From: Perkinsela sp. CCAP 1560/9
Lineage: Eukaryota > Protista > Euglenozoa: Kinetoplastea
Length of the DNA stretch: 64,000 bases
Reading direction: 5' to 3'
NCBI GenBank assembly: GCA_965644495.1
Contig: CBFFSA010000002.1
Coordinates: 558,001-622,000 of the forward strand
Made by a program: the position numbers and the translations under genes. Shown here one piece after another: positions 32,090 to 44,934 of this stretch. Every line of letters begins with the position of its first letter. Within the stretch, counting starts at the first letter, position 1. Below the pieces are notes generated by a model, which worked only from the letters and a program-made list of their open reading frames with translations, did not search any database and had not been told where the DNA came from.

Positions 32090-33429
32090 GTAGTGTAGGG
32101 AAAATCAGACGCTACAATTTATTCAACCAACCGCCTTACAGTACTTTGTTCCCAAAATATCGTTTCAGAAAACAAGCAAAGGTAAACAACATATTGGGTG
32201 GTAATAGGAAGTAATGGGAGGTAATTACCTCATTACCACATCCAGGGTTTATAATAAACCCCTCGACACGATAAGACACCCCCCTCTAAAATCATTATGG
32301 TAAGTCCGTTTGAGCTAATTCTTGTGTCATTTTGAAGATCTCAGTAAATAGACTTTGCGTACCTTGTAAACTTATCGTGGGGTGAGTAAGGTAAAATATG
32401 AATGGGCGATTACCATTTTTTTACATTTTTACTCCTATGCTTTTTTGCTTATATAGTCCAGGTCACAATAATCTAATCAGGCCACAGAGTGTAGCGTAAG
32501 AGCTTTTGATCTAATTCCTTCGGCATTCGACAGAACTGGAATCAAAAAATCATTTCTCGTATTTGTTTCGTCTGTATAGACCCCTAGACCCCCTGTGTGC
32601 ACCTCCTAGGTCATAATTTTCTTCTTAAAAGATATACTCTGTCTCTCATTGATTTTTATAAATGGCGTGACAGAATTTTCGAAAAAAAAATTATAAAAAT
32701 TGTGAAATTAATAAATTTGATTCTGTTCGCACAAAACTTTCACGACATGCTTAAAAATATTGAGGGAGGCACTATTCCCTCGGTACCGTAGGTTAATTCG
32801 TCGTGCCCGATTTGTGGCCTGATTTCGTGTCAGGTGAGTTTTCGAAATGAAAACCTGAAAATTCGTGGGTGAAAATAAAAGGATCCCAAATTAACTCCTC
32901 GAGCGTATTTGGACAGTTTGGCCCCTGATGTACCTGTATGCGCTTTGGTTTCGTTAGATACTTCTTCAACCTGTTCTGGTAATGCACGTGCAAAGGCCAA
33001 TTTTTACCTGGTCGTGTATGACGCTCAAGACCTTAGAGGAAGGAGAGGGCGCAAGGACGAGTATCTCCGTCGTCCACTTTAGCCTGGGTTGTTTTGATTA
33101 AATGCTCCTCCCCCTTCTACAAGTAGTCGTTATATCACATTTATCGCACACACGTCTTCGAAAGCGAGTTGAACTCGGTTTCCCACTCTGTTTAAGACCT
33201 CTTTTACTCATGCGCGCATTGATTTTCTGTCCAGACAACTTCGTACCACAGCCATCACAGCCCTCCCAATAACCTTCACCTCGCTCACCCACCCTTACTC
33301 GTCCAACAACCCCCGCCCGCTCAGCCCCGCCAACCAGCCAGCCTCCCGAGCCAATCTCTCTTACCGGAGGTCGTTTACTGACGGGTCTCCGGTATCTTTG
33401 GAAAGCATTCTCACTGATTTTTATAATTA

Positions 33430-34421
33430 TACTGTCACCCCCCCTTTATACTTCCGCCGGTTTCGGTACTTTTGGAAGTATAAAGGGGGGGGTCTGACTT
33501 TCGGAAGTATAAAGGGGGGCGTCTGATTTTTTAAAAAATCCGCGAAACAAATATTTTTGAAAAAGGGGCAAAAAAAAAAGCGCGCCACTTCGCGGCGCTG
33601 GTTTCCTATTATTCTAGCTAAAAATCAATCATCTAATCTCCAAACATGCAGGGCATAATGTTTGCTTCCGTGTTCCTCTTGCACATAATCAACATACGCT
33701 GTATATTACGCTGTAGTGAATACGTGTCGGGACGATCCACCATTAGAAGCTTCATGGGACAGTCCTTGAAACGAGGTACATTCGCCTTTGCTGCAGCAGG
33801 CGCATGTCCGCGCTGGCTGTCATCCCGCCCAGTTCGCTAAGGAGGAGTTCGTCAATTTTTTCGCATCTGGACATGTTTGTCCTTGGGCAAACCCCATCGC
33901 GCTTGCGACTACGATAGATTTACTTTCTTCTGGAAAAATCCGACACCATTTTTCCGGATGGAGCGGATGGTTCGAGATCAGACGCCGTACTTCTCGCTGA
34001 TTTGTGGAGCACTGTACTCGAATGACACACATTCAACTTCTCCTACATTGTTGGGCTCTTTCCTCCCTGGGGTAAACCGACGGACACTGGCAATGTCGCA
34101 GGCTCCGCGCTTGAAACAATTATTTCGTCGGGGGCCCGAACGCGATGAAAGCTTAACCCACTGTGAGTATTGACATGGGAAAAAATACGGCAAATAATTT
34201 AAATGTATATCTAGCAATATCTCTACACACATCTCTAACGTTTATTAAAAACAATATAGAAAATTGTTATTAAAAAAAAATGCGCCGCTTCGCGGTGCAT
34301 TCTTTTTGGGACCGGAAGTATAAAGGGGGAGTGCTGATTTTTTATCTGGATGAAAACGGAAGTATAAAGGGGGGGGGGGGTTGACCCCCCTGAAGTACAA
34401 AGGGGGGGGGGGGTGACAGTA
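33430..34421. mobile_element. Non-autonomous DNA transposon with TACTGTCACCCCCC TIRs and GGAAGTATAAAGGGGG subterminal repeats
   Basis: Inverted ends; a related solo end at 37660-37726. Confidence 0.75.
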
Positions 34422-34429
34422 ATTATAAA

Positions 34430-34526
34430 TACTGTCTCCCCCGTTTAAGCGCACCTCGTTTTCCGTGAAAAGTGCGCTTAAACGGGGGGGTCTGACCGGG
34501 TGCGCTTAAGGGGAGGGGGGACAGTA
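34430..34526. mobile_element. ~97-bp mini-MITE
   Basis: TACTGTCTCCCCC..TTAAGCGCAC / GTGCGCTTAA..GGGGGACAGTA. Confidence 0.65.
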
Positions 34527-35658
34527 TAAATTTTCTTTTTTGTTATAATTTATATTTATAAAAATTAATGAGAGGAGGAGTACTTTTTTTGCAGAAATAA
34601 AAATGAAGAAACGCACCCGCAATACTCGTTCGAAAAGGTTAACCAGGGGGAAATGCGCCTGTTTTTGGCTCATCTTCCTGCCATGTATCTAACGCTGCAG
34701 TTTCCATCAATATCTTTAGTAACAATGATTCGTCTATATTTTTTGTTCGACATAAATTTTTTTCTTCTCTGTCAACTTGTTGTCTATTTGGTGTCTTTTC
34801 GCTTTCGGATATCTTCGCATGTACATGGGGGATCAGCTAAATCTGGGGGGGGGGGTAAAATTTGTAAAAAGCGGTCAATTTTGAAAAATAATAGCGCATT
34901 CGAGAGCTCTCGAATAGCCCTCTTGTGGAATCTATGTCGTTTCCCGCATAGATAACATTTTTGTAAAATGACAGGTGGCTCAAAAACATCAATTACAAAT
35001 TTTTCTAGAAAACTGCAAAAAGGCGAAATGACTAATCTTGAACGAAAAAACATTCTATGCGTTAGTTTTGTTTTATCTGAGGGTGAGAAACGGCTCTCCG
35101 AAAATTTCCTTCGAGAAGAATGTGAGTGCACCAGTCTTTGTGGCATGAATGCTCCAAAGGGAAAAAACAGGCAAAAAAGTAAGAAAATGAGAAAAAATAC
35201 AAATTTTGCACCACGAAAAAACGTAATTTTTATCTAAAAGGTGATGTGCGTAAAAGCACGGGAAACGGCATAGATTCCACAAGGGGGCTACCGTTACCCC
35301 CCCTTAGTTATCCAAGTACGCTACTTATCTAAAAAAATCCGATTTTTCGGACAAGTAGCGTACTTGGATAGGTCACTGACTTATCCAATTTTTTTGTGTT
35401 CACGGAAAAAGAGTTCGAAAATATGGAAGAAAAAACGAATTTCGTTTTCGTGCTACTTTTAACTAGTTTTTTTGTGCCAAAATTTTCTTCTTTTGTACTC
35501 TCTTCTTTCGCTTTTCCACATGCCGGCATTAAATCGATTAATTTTCAATGCCGAGCAGGTTCGTAATGCTCATCTTCCGCAAGAGCCAGTTGTTGTTATT
35601 CCCCATGCAACCGCGGTCACTACCGTAATTCCGAATGCGCAGCTCTTGACAGAAGCTC

Positions 35659-37043
35659 ATGCGCAAAGAGCGTCGCCGTAAAACTCGGGTGGAGCTCACC
35701 ATTCAGCAAAAACTGGACATTTGTTCTTCGATAGGAGCGATGAAGCCCGAATCTGTAGTGGCTCGCGAGTACGGCGTGAGTCTTTCTACAGTTTATAAAA
35801 TTGCAGAAAAAAAGAAGGAACTGCTGGAGTTGGTGAAGCTCGGTTACGGTCGAGCGTACCAGTACCATCCCCCACGTGAGAACCGAGACTTCTACATGGC
35901 AGGTGCTCGCACGATGACGGCTATGCGTGAGGCACTTGTTGGAGTCACGAAGCAGATGATGTTTCATTTTTTTGGAACATTCGATCACTTCAATCAGCTT
36001 ACAGAAAATGGTAAGGAGAAATTCTGGCAGCGCTTCTGTCGGTTTGCTAATGTAACCCACCGCCGTGTGAACGGTTGCACGCAACTCATTCCGACGGACG
36101 CTGACGAACGAATCCGAGACTTTTTCGAGTTGATGACTCTGATGAGTGCCTCTCGCAACGGTTACACTGTCACCCTCACTGGTGATGAGACCGGAGTCGT
36201 GCGTGAACCTGCTGTGAACACAACTCTTGAGATTCGAGGAACGTCGCGGGTGCGTGTACGTACGTTGGGCACTGAGCGCCAAATGACGACTGCCTTTCTT
36301 GCCGCACGCTCTGTCTGAAACGGCGAAGGTCTCTGGACCCACCAACTTCTTCCCCCGCATCTCCTCTGGCAGGCGCAGTCCGATTCAGGGCCCATATTTC
36401 GGGAAGTCCGCGGTGCAGCTGACAAGTACAGTTGCACTGCTACTACCACAGTGTCTGGCTGGGCTACAGGCGATTCTTTTCTGGCTTGGTTGAAGGAGGT
36501 TTTTTTGGACCACAACACGTACACGTATGATACGTGTTGTTTTGTTGGTGGATACGGTATCCGTCACGGAAGACGCTGCTCGTAGTCGATCTCTACGCAC
36601 CGCATCGTTTCGAGGAAGTTCTCTCTTTCCTTCGCGGACGTGAAGTGGACTGTCTGTTTGTTCCTGCCGACTGCACTTCCCTTGTTCAGCTTGTGGATGT
36701 GTCGGTCAACCGACAGTTCAAGCATCACTATCGCGAGAAATTTTCGGCGTGGCGTGGACTGCAGAGTGAGCTCCGTCGACCAACACGGAAAAAGATTACG
36801 CGTTTCGTAGTTCATGCACTACGTGCGTTTCGCGCTGAAGACGCTTACTCTGAAGCCTTTGAGCGTCTGTTCCTTCCTGCTTTACAAAGGAACGTTAACA
36901 CTGTCCCAGTCCGAGGTGTGCAAAGCCTTCGCGCAAACACCCTCGTTGTTCCTGCAACAACTGTGGAAGCGCAACGCGAGAAAGAACTTGTGTCCCGCGT
37001 GTTCCAGGAGATGCATGTAGAGGGAATTTCTGTTGACGAATAA
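35659..37043 (+). pseudogene. pogo/Tigger-like transposase, frameshifted
   Basis: RVELTIQQKLDIC (psq-type HTH), GDETG, LLVVDLYAPH, PADCTSLVQLVDVSVNRQFK. Confidence 0.85.
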
Positions 37044-37835
37044 TATTTTGTTTTTCAATTTTTGCTTGTTTTACATACATTTTGCTTGTATTTGCTACCT
37101 ACTGCTATGTGGGCTTCTAGTAATTCGCTGTTCTTGTGTTGTTGTCTCGTATTATCCTATGTTTTTTGTGCTCGAGAAAATCACTCCTCACATACTTATG
37201 AAACTTTTTTCGAATCTATTGTTCCTGTTTGCATAAAACATTGTTTACCTTATTGCAGCGTACTCATCACAACACATACGATGTATAGCGTAGTTTACTT
37301 TATTTTTCAAAGGGTTTCGTATGTTCATGCTCACTGATGCTGCAGCGTGTGGTGTCAAAAAACTTGAAGCCTCCAGCAGATATGCCATTTGCTTGTTCGG
37401 GATACCGTCCTCGAAGATTTGGCACAATAATATTTTCCCCACGGTATCATCCTCCCCTTGGTGGACGGTACTTGGATTTTTACAAAAGCTATTCTCAAAA
37501 ATTATATTCTCAAACTATTTTTTTCGAATTTTTAAAACAGGCTAAAAACCCCAGGAACGCACAGATCTCAAAATTTTGAACGAAGAAGTGGTGCTGCAAC
37601 CCCCATGAGTCCCTGCACGCGAAAAACAAGGGGAGTGCCTTATTCTTGTCGAGGGGTTTAAAGGGGGGGTGCTGATTTTTCGTCTGGACGAAAACGGAAG
37701 TATAAACGGGGGGGGGGTGACAGTATATAAAATTTTATTTGTGTATATTGGTATCACTTACACTGTATGGTGAAGAGATTATGGAATAACAAATTGTGCA
37801 TCCACAACCAAAATACGTTAATGCATACATGTATA

Positions 37836-39246
37836 CAGGGGGGGCCACGAAAACTGACAAGGTCCGCATTTTAGCGTCCTGAGGCCGTTTGAGCTGATTT
37901 TTGTTGCAAACGAGAGATCTCGTTCTGAATATCGTGTCTACGCTATTTGGAGCCCGTTTCTGCTAATCAAAAAAAAAATATTTACAAAATATTGAAATTT
38001 TGGGCAAAATATTTTGCAAAAAGTATCGAAAAACGTAAAAAAGGCTATTTTTTCTTCTTTTTACCTTACTATGGGCAAACGGAATAGACTAAACCGTCGC
38101 CAGCTATCACCAGAACAGTGTTCATATCCTGTGCGCATTGTCTGCGCACACGAAAGACACCGTGGGACATCTATTCCGGATACGGCACGTATGATGAACT
38201 GTTCAGAGAGCTCTGTCTCTCGGTACAAAGCGCGTTTCGATGAGTCAGGTGACGTGGCACGTGCACCCTACTCGCGCGATAACGGCGTTGATACGGAGGA
38301 GTTCCGAGCCATGCTCTGTGCTATTGTTGATGCTGAGCGAGACACACAATTCGGGTGTCCGGGGTTTAAATGGGTACATAAGAGAGTGGATAAAGTACTT
38401 TATCCATGTAGTCTAAACACCGTGAAACGGAGTTTGAAAAAGATGGGATACGTCATTAAGACGATGTCGCACAAGCCTTTTTTAACAGCTGAGCACAAGG
38501 CTGCTAGACTACAACTTGCTGATTACTTTGAGGGATTCAGCCCAGATCAGCTCTCGTATCATGTGGTGCGACGAAAAAATCTTTCGATGCGGATCACACG
38601 GTAAAAAAATTACGTACCTTGCAAAAATGATTGACCCCCCCAAGGAAACACCAGTACAATTAGATAGGTGGTACGGGGGGAAAGGAGTTCATGTATTCAT
38701 GGCCACCAGTCTCCGTTGGGAAGTGCCTGATGCGTGTTTCCATGAGTTCGCACAAAATGAAACTGTTACAAATGAGGTCTTTTTGAATGCAATGAAAAAA
38801 CGAAATGGGTTTTTCAACTGGATGCATCGCCGCCCCGGGGCTACAATTGTCCTTGACAACGCGCCAGGGCATGGGGAAGCCAGGAGAATAGGTAAGTTGG
38901 AAGACATCAAAATTATTGATTGGCCTTCGAAATCTCCTGATCTCAATTTGATTGAGAATTTGTGGAGCATGATAGAGGGAATACTGGCTATTAAGACCTA
39001 CTTTCTGGGTACTTTTTGGGCCGCGGTACGTAAAAATTACGAATTTTAGACCCGTTTTTCAATTTGCAAAATCTTTAAAATTTCACTTTTGTAACTCATT
39101 GGAAATGTTTTCCGGCGAACGTTTTTGTATTTTAAATAGCGTAGACACGATATTCAGAACGAGATCTCTCGTTTGCAACAAAAATCAGCTCAAACTGCCT
39201 CAGGACGCTAAAATGCGGACCTTGTCAGTTTTCGTGGCCCCCCCTG
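37836..39246 (+). mobile_element. Tc1-like transposon with ~113-bp TIRs and TA flanks; transposase frameshifted near 38550
   Basis: CAGGGGGGGCCACGAAAACTGACAAGG... TIRs; WCDEK, VLDNAPGH, WPSKSPDLNLIE (D32E). Confidence 0.9.
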
Positions 39247-39536
39247 TATAGTATTTAATTGCCTGTTTATACGTTAAAAAAATGAAGAATGCGAAGGTGT
39301 ATATACAGGTAAAAGCATGTAGTGTACATACAGTACATACAGTGTAGGTATGATGTAGGTGGTAATGTAGTATCTATAATTTTTGTATGGAATTAGTACA
39401 GGTATACAAAAGTACAAGTATACATGTACAAGTATACAAAAGCATAATTCGAAAAGAATAATTCGAAAGCGCTAAACAGACAACACAAACGTGCGCTGAA
39501 GAAAATGCACGAAAAATAGCTAGCATCCTCTAAAAC

Positions 39537-40799
39537 CTAGTTGTATTCGCTATGCTGTGACGCAACAGAGTGGCCGTGTTTTCGAGCAATATCTTGACGA
39601 TAAAATTTGCACTGTCGTCGGAGTGGATCGCCATTCTCTATCGTTCGATTCACCCCTGGCCAAACCTCATTCTCACGACCTACGGGAGCTGAAAGGAGAT
39701 ATCGATAATCAAAGTATGGTTGGTGTACGGAAGGATTAAAGCAAAGTAGTTCATATGCTGTAGGATTAGTGGTAAGCTTATTGGCTCTGCTCAATCCACG
39801 GCCTCGTTGTGTAGTAATTTTTCCTGAGTAAATACGCCGGTTAAACTCTTTATTATCATGAATATCAGACCTTGTTCGTAGGGCCCACAATATCCCTTTA
39901 TTATTTCCTGTTGACGAATAATACTCTTCAGCACATTGTAGCAAAGTATCCATAAGAGCAAAACATCTGTCCGAGTCGTATGGCGAATAGTGAATCCAAC
40001 GAGTTTCGAAAAGCTGTTGATTATATTTTACGGTTCTCGGAATAAGTCGTGAATATCTTTCCGAATTCGATAAATCGTGATGTTGCAGGAAAACGCGAAC
40101 GGAAATATGACACAAATTTTCAATTAAACTGGAGCCGTATCCTTCGTTGACAAGGCAAGATGGAAGTATATTTAGGAAACTGTTTAGCTCACTTCTTGTA
40201 ACCTGATTGATAACCCTGATTTGCTGTAAAAAAGCATCCAAAAAATCCTCCAACCCGAATTCGGCTTCCGGATGAAGCAATTTATGTAGTGCTGCACAGC
40301 TAGCACGGAAAGCACCACGCACAAATCCTGCGGCTTGTAGTGCCTTCGACAGTTTGACCAATATCCTTACAACATCCTGTTCAGGAGATTCACAGCGGAT
40401 GGTGTGCCATAAAATCCCTAATAGTTGTGATGCCATTTGCGCGTTTACTTTGCCTCCACATTCGAGGAGATAATCAGCTTGAAGTTCAATATTGGCATTC
40501 ACTCGAACATTCTTATGAGCAATTGGCGCAGATTTGTTTTTTTCTTTACAATATTGTGAGAACTGGCCTTTAATATCTTGCTTGGATTCGTAGCTTGGTT
40601 CCTTCAAGTCTTGCCAATTTTTGATGTTCTCGCTTCGTATCACAGTGCGGGGATGGTACATTTGGTTCGGCCACTGTAACCCACTATAATAAGAGGTGTA
40701 CAAATGTAATGAGCCAATGTAAGCTGTCTTGCGCATTTTATGAAAGGAAAGGTTGTCTAAAGATGTATACAGTTGTGCTACAGACGGGTTATATTGCAC
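39537..40799 (-). CDS. Hypothetical 420-aa protein, probably helical; possible host gene or fragment
   Basis: Long open frame in AT-rich DNA; no motif recognised; non-ATG start as called. Confidence 0.5.
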   Translation of the reverse strand: MQYNPSVAQLYTSLDNLSFHKMRKTAYIGSLHLYTSYYSGLQWPNQMYHPRTVIRSENIKNWQDLKEPSYESKQDIKGQFSQYCKEKNKSAPIAHKNVRVNANIELQADYLLECGGKVNAQMASQLLGILWHTIRCESPEQDVVRILVKLSKALQAAGFVRGAFRASCAALHKLLHPEAEFGLEDFLDAFLQQIRVINQVTRSELNSFLNILPSCLVNEGYGSSLIENLCHISVRVFLQHHDLSNSERYSRLIPRTVKYNQQLFETRWIHYSPYDSDRCFALMDTLLQCAEEYYSSTGNNKGILWALRTRSDIHDNKEFNRRIYSGKITTQRGRGLSRANKLTTNPTAYELLCFNPSVHQPYFDYRYLLSAPVGRENEVWPGVNRTIENGDPLRRQCKFYRQDIARKHGHSVASQHSEYN

Positions 40800-41057
40800 C
40801 TATTCCTAAAAAATATATTTAAAAAAACCTGATCATGCATTTTTCAGACATAAATTCATCTTTTAACACAAAACTTTGTTTTATACCATATTTTCGAGTA
40901 CAAACCTCCTTAGGACTTGACTTCTGTCACAAATAATTATGAAAATCATAAAAGTTGACCACGTCTTCACCATACATCCTAATTCACACCCCTTAACTTA
41001 ACAACACTCCTTAACTTAACAACGCTCCTTAAAACCCCCCTCACTTCACACATTCCT

Positions 41058-41549
41058 TCACAGATTCATGAAACTCTGGATCATGTTCCATGTTTCTGTG
41101 TCTTCTGCCTCCGTTGCTGCTTCTTCCTCCTCTTCCATAAATTGCTCACATTGTTCCTCTTCTTCTGTTTCACTTTCATTGTCCTCTTCTTCTATATTCG
41201 GCAGGCATTGCCCAAATTTTAGACAGAGAAGTAATGATTGCAGACGTTCCTGCCACGTGGTTCTTTTGAACCAAAGTGTATATAGGGCAATGCATTTCTC
41301 TGCTTCTCTCGGCTTCATAGACAACCTTCCTTGCCTTCGGACTGAGAGCTTCACCGACGAGTGAGCTGATTCTGCATGATTCGTGTGCACCCCCTCCTCT
41401 GTGACAAACCGGTATTTTCCGCTTCTGGAATGGTTCACAGTTCGATGTCGCACTGTATCGCCCAGGCCTCTATGAGCACGCCATCCATCGGTGTACACTA
41501 CTGTTCTTTTACTCTGCACAGTGTGTTTTTTGCAAGCGCACTCGGACAT
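41058..41549 (-). pseudogene. Merlin/IS1595-like transposase C-terminal fragment
   Basis: VVYTDGWRAH, HRTVNHS, FV..EGVHTNHAES; acidic tail. Confidence 0.85.
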
Positions 41550-42122
41550 AGATTTTTAACTGAAATCAAAATAACAAAGTTTCACAAGCCGAAAAAAGGA
41601 AAAGAGGTGATAAAAGCAAGGAATTATTTTTTGGGTGCAATATAACCCGTCATTAACCCAGTTGTTTGTAGAAGAATTTAAGGGGCTATACAAGACATAC
41701 TGGGTAGAAAAAACTTTCGAACTAAAAAAACATTGATCTCTTATAACTTTTAATTGAAGAAACGGCAATATGGCAGTTTCGATCAGTACTCATCTAAACC
41801 ACATTATGCCCTTACGGTACAGAACACTTTCGACGAGCATCTACATTGAATGCAGTTCAAGAAGGTAGCACATTCTTTTGAACGATGAGAGCGACAACAA
41901 TTTAACACAAGCTCATCGCAGAACGACCAACTTTAAGGTCCACTGCAATAAAAAATATTCTGTATTTTGTCACTCAATGCTTCGTCCACTATAGGTGATT
42001 TTTTTATCAAGTTCATTATGCGTACATGACGGAGAATTGTTACCCGTCACTGTAACTAAGTTATTAATTACACTGTTATTCTAATAGTGTTGTTATTAGC
42101 CATGGTAATCTACATCATATAT

Positions 42123-43109
42123 TTACACAAGTATATTTGTTTCGGAAAATTTTGCCATTGCTAAGTGATTCTCAATCAAGAGTCCTTCACGACGAACAAT
42201 CTTCATAAGCTTTTCAGCGTCCTTTCTGCTATAGAATTGCACCTGGCAAGCGAGGCTATTGGATACCATACTCAATTTTTTAACCTCCACCCTCCCCTTC
42301 AATGCTTTCGTAATGCTTCGAATGTTAAATTCTTCAGTGGAAAGATGCGGAACTTTTAGCAGCACAAAATTTTTATGGTTTCTAGACGTATAGTGCACCC
42401 GCTTTTCTATGGTACACTTCTCTGGTGCATTCAAAGTGTCCCTATACGATTGTTCCTTATTTTTTCGACTGTGATACGAGTCAACAGGTGAGTTCGAGGA
42501 GTATCCTTCATGCTTTGGCAAGGTTAGTTTATTGGTTTCCTCATCTTCTAAAGGTAATTTCTCAGTGATGACTTCTACCAGTGTAGAAGAAAGATGAAAC
42601 GAGTGATAATTACGATAGAGCATTAGCATATCTCCAGCAATACGAAAACTTTTGTTTTGGTTCGTAGTCGTTCGATCGAGAAGCAGAACCACTTGGTACA
42701 AACTGCTATTTTCGCCTATTAACGCTTCAATTCGAAGTAGGATACATGCCCCGTTCGGTGCTTCCCGAGCATCTTTGTGTAAGGAGGTAGAAACGTTGAT
42801 CGCCTGCAGAGATTGGATAGAAATGGAACTTTCTGTAAGGAGCAAGTTCGATAAAATACTTATTCGGTAGGTCAAGGATTCGTTTTCGGATTCGGGTGGC
42901 GATCGATCTGATTCTCTCAAGCCGCTGGAGCTATCAGATACTTTCGTACGAATTTGACAATTCGATTCGTACATAGACATAAGCTTGTTTTTGGCATCCA
43001 GAGAGAAACGATTATCAGCGATCGTGGCGTTCGAAAGATGTCTATAATAGTTCACGCAAAACAGAGATGCTGTGTGATCAATAAAGTCTTGTGACATTCC
43101 TCTAAACAA
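42123..43109 (-). CDS. Hypothetical 328-aa protein with an RRM-like C-terminus
   Basis: FVLLKVPHL ... CQVQFYSRKDAEKLM..GLLIENHLAMAKFS. Confidence 0.5.
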   Translation of the reverse strand: MFRGMSQDFIDHTASLFCVNYYRHLSNATIADNRFSLDAKNKLMSMYESNCQIRTKVSDSSSGLRESDRSPPESENESLTYRISILSNLLLTESSISIQSLQAINVSTSLHKDAREAPNGACILLRIEALIGENSSLYQVVLLLDRTTTNQNKSFRIAGDMLMLYRNYHSFHLSSTLVEVITEKLPLEDEETNKLTLPKHEGYSSNSPVDSYHSRKNKEQSYRDTLNAPEKCTIEKRVHYTSRNHKNFVLLKVPHLSTEEFNIRSITKALKGRVEVKKLSMVSNSLACQVQFYSRKDAEKLMKIVRREGLLIENHLAMAKFSETNILV

Positions 43110-43613
43110 GTATAAAATAGATGTAACTACACTGCTTTACTCATAATTAACCAAAATTCGATTCATAAAGATTCGAGCGTCTTTTGTGTGTCTGTCTTAC
43201 TTTAGAATACAAAAACTTTGGCTCAACTGCAGTCAAAATGTACCCTAAAAAAATATTTTTTCAAAAATGTATATTTGCATCAAAGACGACTTCGTTTCTT
43301 GTTTTTAGGTTCTTGCAAGGTGCAATTCGACATAAATAAGACAATTTGTCGATGGTTTCCACCTCGTTAACAACAAGTTAGATAGGCCTTTTGAAGAGAA
43401 TTTAGGGTACAGTTTGTTAATTGTTAATTGTCAGAGCTGTTTGTCTTCGAAAAGATATGGCTCCCTAGTTCCAGCCTAGGTACGCTGTGCGGGTGCTGAT
43501 GTGCAAGACATCCGTATCGACATGAGAGTAAAACTCGACCATAGAAGATACACACCCGACTTGTTCGTGCTAACCTAACATACAACATAAAATAAAACGG
43601 GGGGGCATACCAG

Positions 43614-44195
43614 TTACTTAGTTTGGCGGTATTCGTATATTGCTTTATTCCATATCTTTCTATTTTGACTTTGAAGCTTCCATGAGAAAGGCTGAAATTC
43701 TGCTCTCTCAGCTGCTTGGGCGATTGTTTCATGCATGGATTGTTGTTTACGTCCCCTTTTTTGCCCGTCGCAGCTTCCGAATAGTAGTCGGTTTGGGATT
43801 CTTTCGGGGCCCATGCGTGCCACATGCCCCGCGTAAAATAGTATTCGGGTATCCGATCTTTCTTGCATTGTAGGCGTGTGTGTCACCTTGAGAGATTCTT
43901 CATAGGAAATGTATAGTTTCTGGTTTTCTCCTTTTGGGTCGCTGGGCTTATGTATAATAGTTACATTAGGTAATTTTAGCACATACCTGACCATCTTTAC
44001 GTATGTCTGGTTGATCCTCCTGAACTGTGTCGGTGACAGATTCCATGTACAGCATTCGTACATAAGAATAGACATAACATGTGCTTCGAATAGAGTAGTT
44101 TGTGCTTTTCTAGATATGGCTCTCGCTTTCCAGACTGGTTTCATTTTTTTTGTCGCTTCGTTAAACGCGGTGTTTATTTTCAACCTAGAAGGCAC
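43614..44195 (-). pseudogene. RTE-like LINE C-terminal fragment
   Basis: AF..MKPVWKARAISRKAQ..LFEA.VMSILMY.C.TW, YAGHVARM..RIPNRLLFG..KRGR. Confidence 0.8.
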
Positions 44196-44934
44196 TCATG
44201 CTGCGCGCTTCGTGTTGAAAACTACCTCCGCGTTTAATAAAGCGAGTAAAAGAGAAATATCATGAACAAACTCCTTTTTTGGGTGAAAAGACCAATTTTT
44301 AGGTGAAAATAGCGAAATTTTACTCCAAAATTTGGGACGTTTTTAATGCCTTACCAGTAGGGGTAGGAGGCGAATTTTCCGAAAAAAACGTTGCAGAATG
44401 GTAGCTGAGGTCCAAAACTCTTAAAATACGTTTGAGTAGTCGATTTTGGAAAAATTATATTTTACTTTTTTAAAAAAAGTAAAAAGTACTTGTTAGACAA
44501 TGTTAATTTGGGTCAAATTTTTTTTGGGTCACCCAAAAAATTTCGGAAATTTCGAACTTGGTTGGACCCATCCTGCGCGTATCAGGGGGGGTCACCCCCA
44601 GGTGGAGGGGTGGAATATAAATTTAATTGCCACGGCATACTCTATCACTTCCCTGCGCTCGATTTTGAAAAGCAAAAAATTCGTAAAAAATATTCGCGAC
44701 GTATGTCCCCCCCATGGACCCCCCTAGACCGCCCATTTTTTTCAAATTGTTTTTCAGCTTTGGACCACCGGGCCCCCCTTTTATATTTTTTTCTTCTATT
44801 ATATTACCGTCAAAACACTAATAATGGTAATTAAAATTAAGGTACCAGAAATTAAGGTACTGAGCTCCCCGACACTTATAGTGCCGCGGTTTTCGACCAA
44901 ACGGCACTATAAGTGGGGGGCGGGTAGTATGTTT

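Larger units (their letters stand above)
32255..37660 (-). mobile_element. Remnant ends of a Tc1-like element (TAAACCCCT family) enclosing nested insertions
   Basis: Left TIR at 32255, right TIR ending 37660, transposase N-terminal remnant FEDGIPNKQMA at 37245-37442. Confidence 0.6.
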
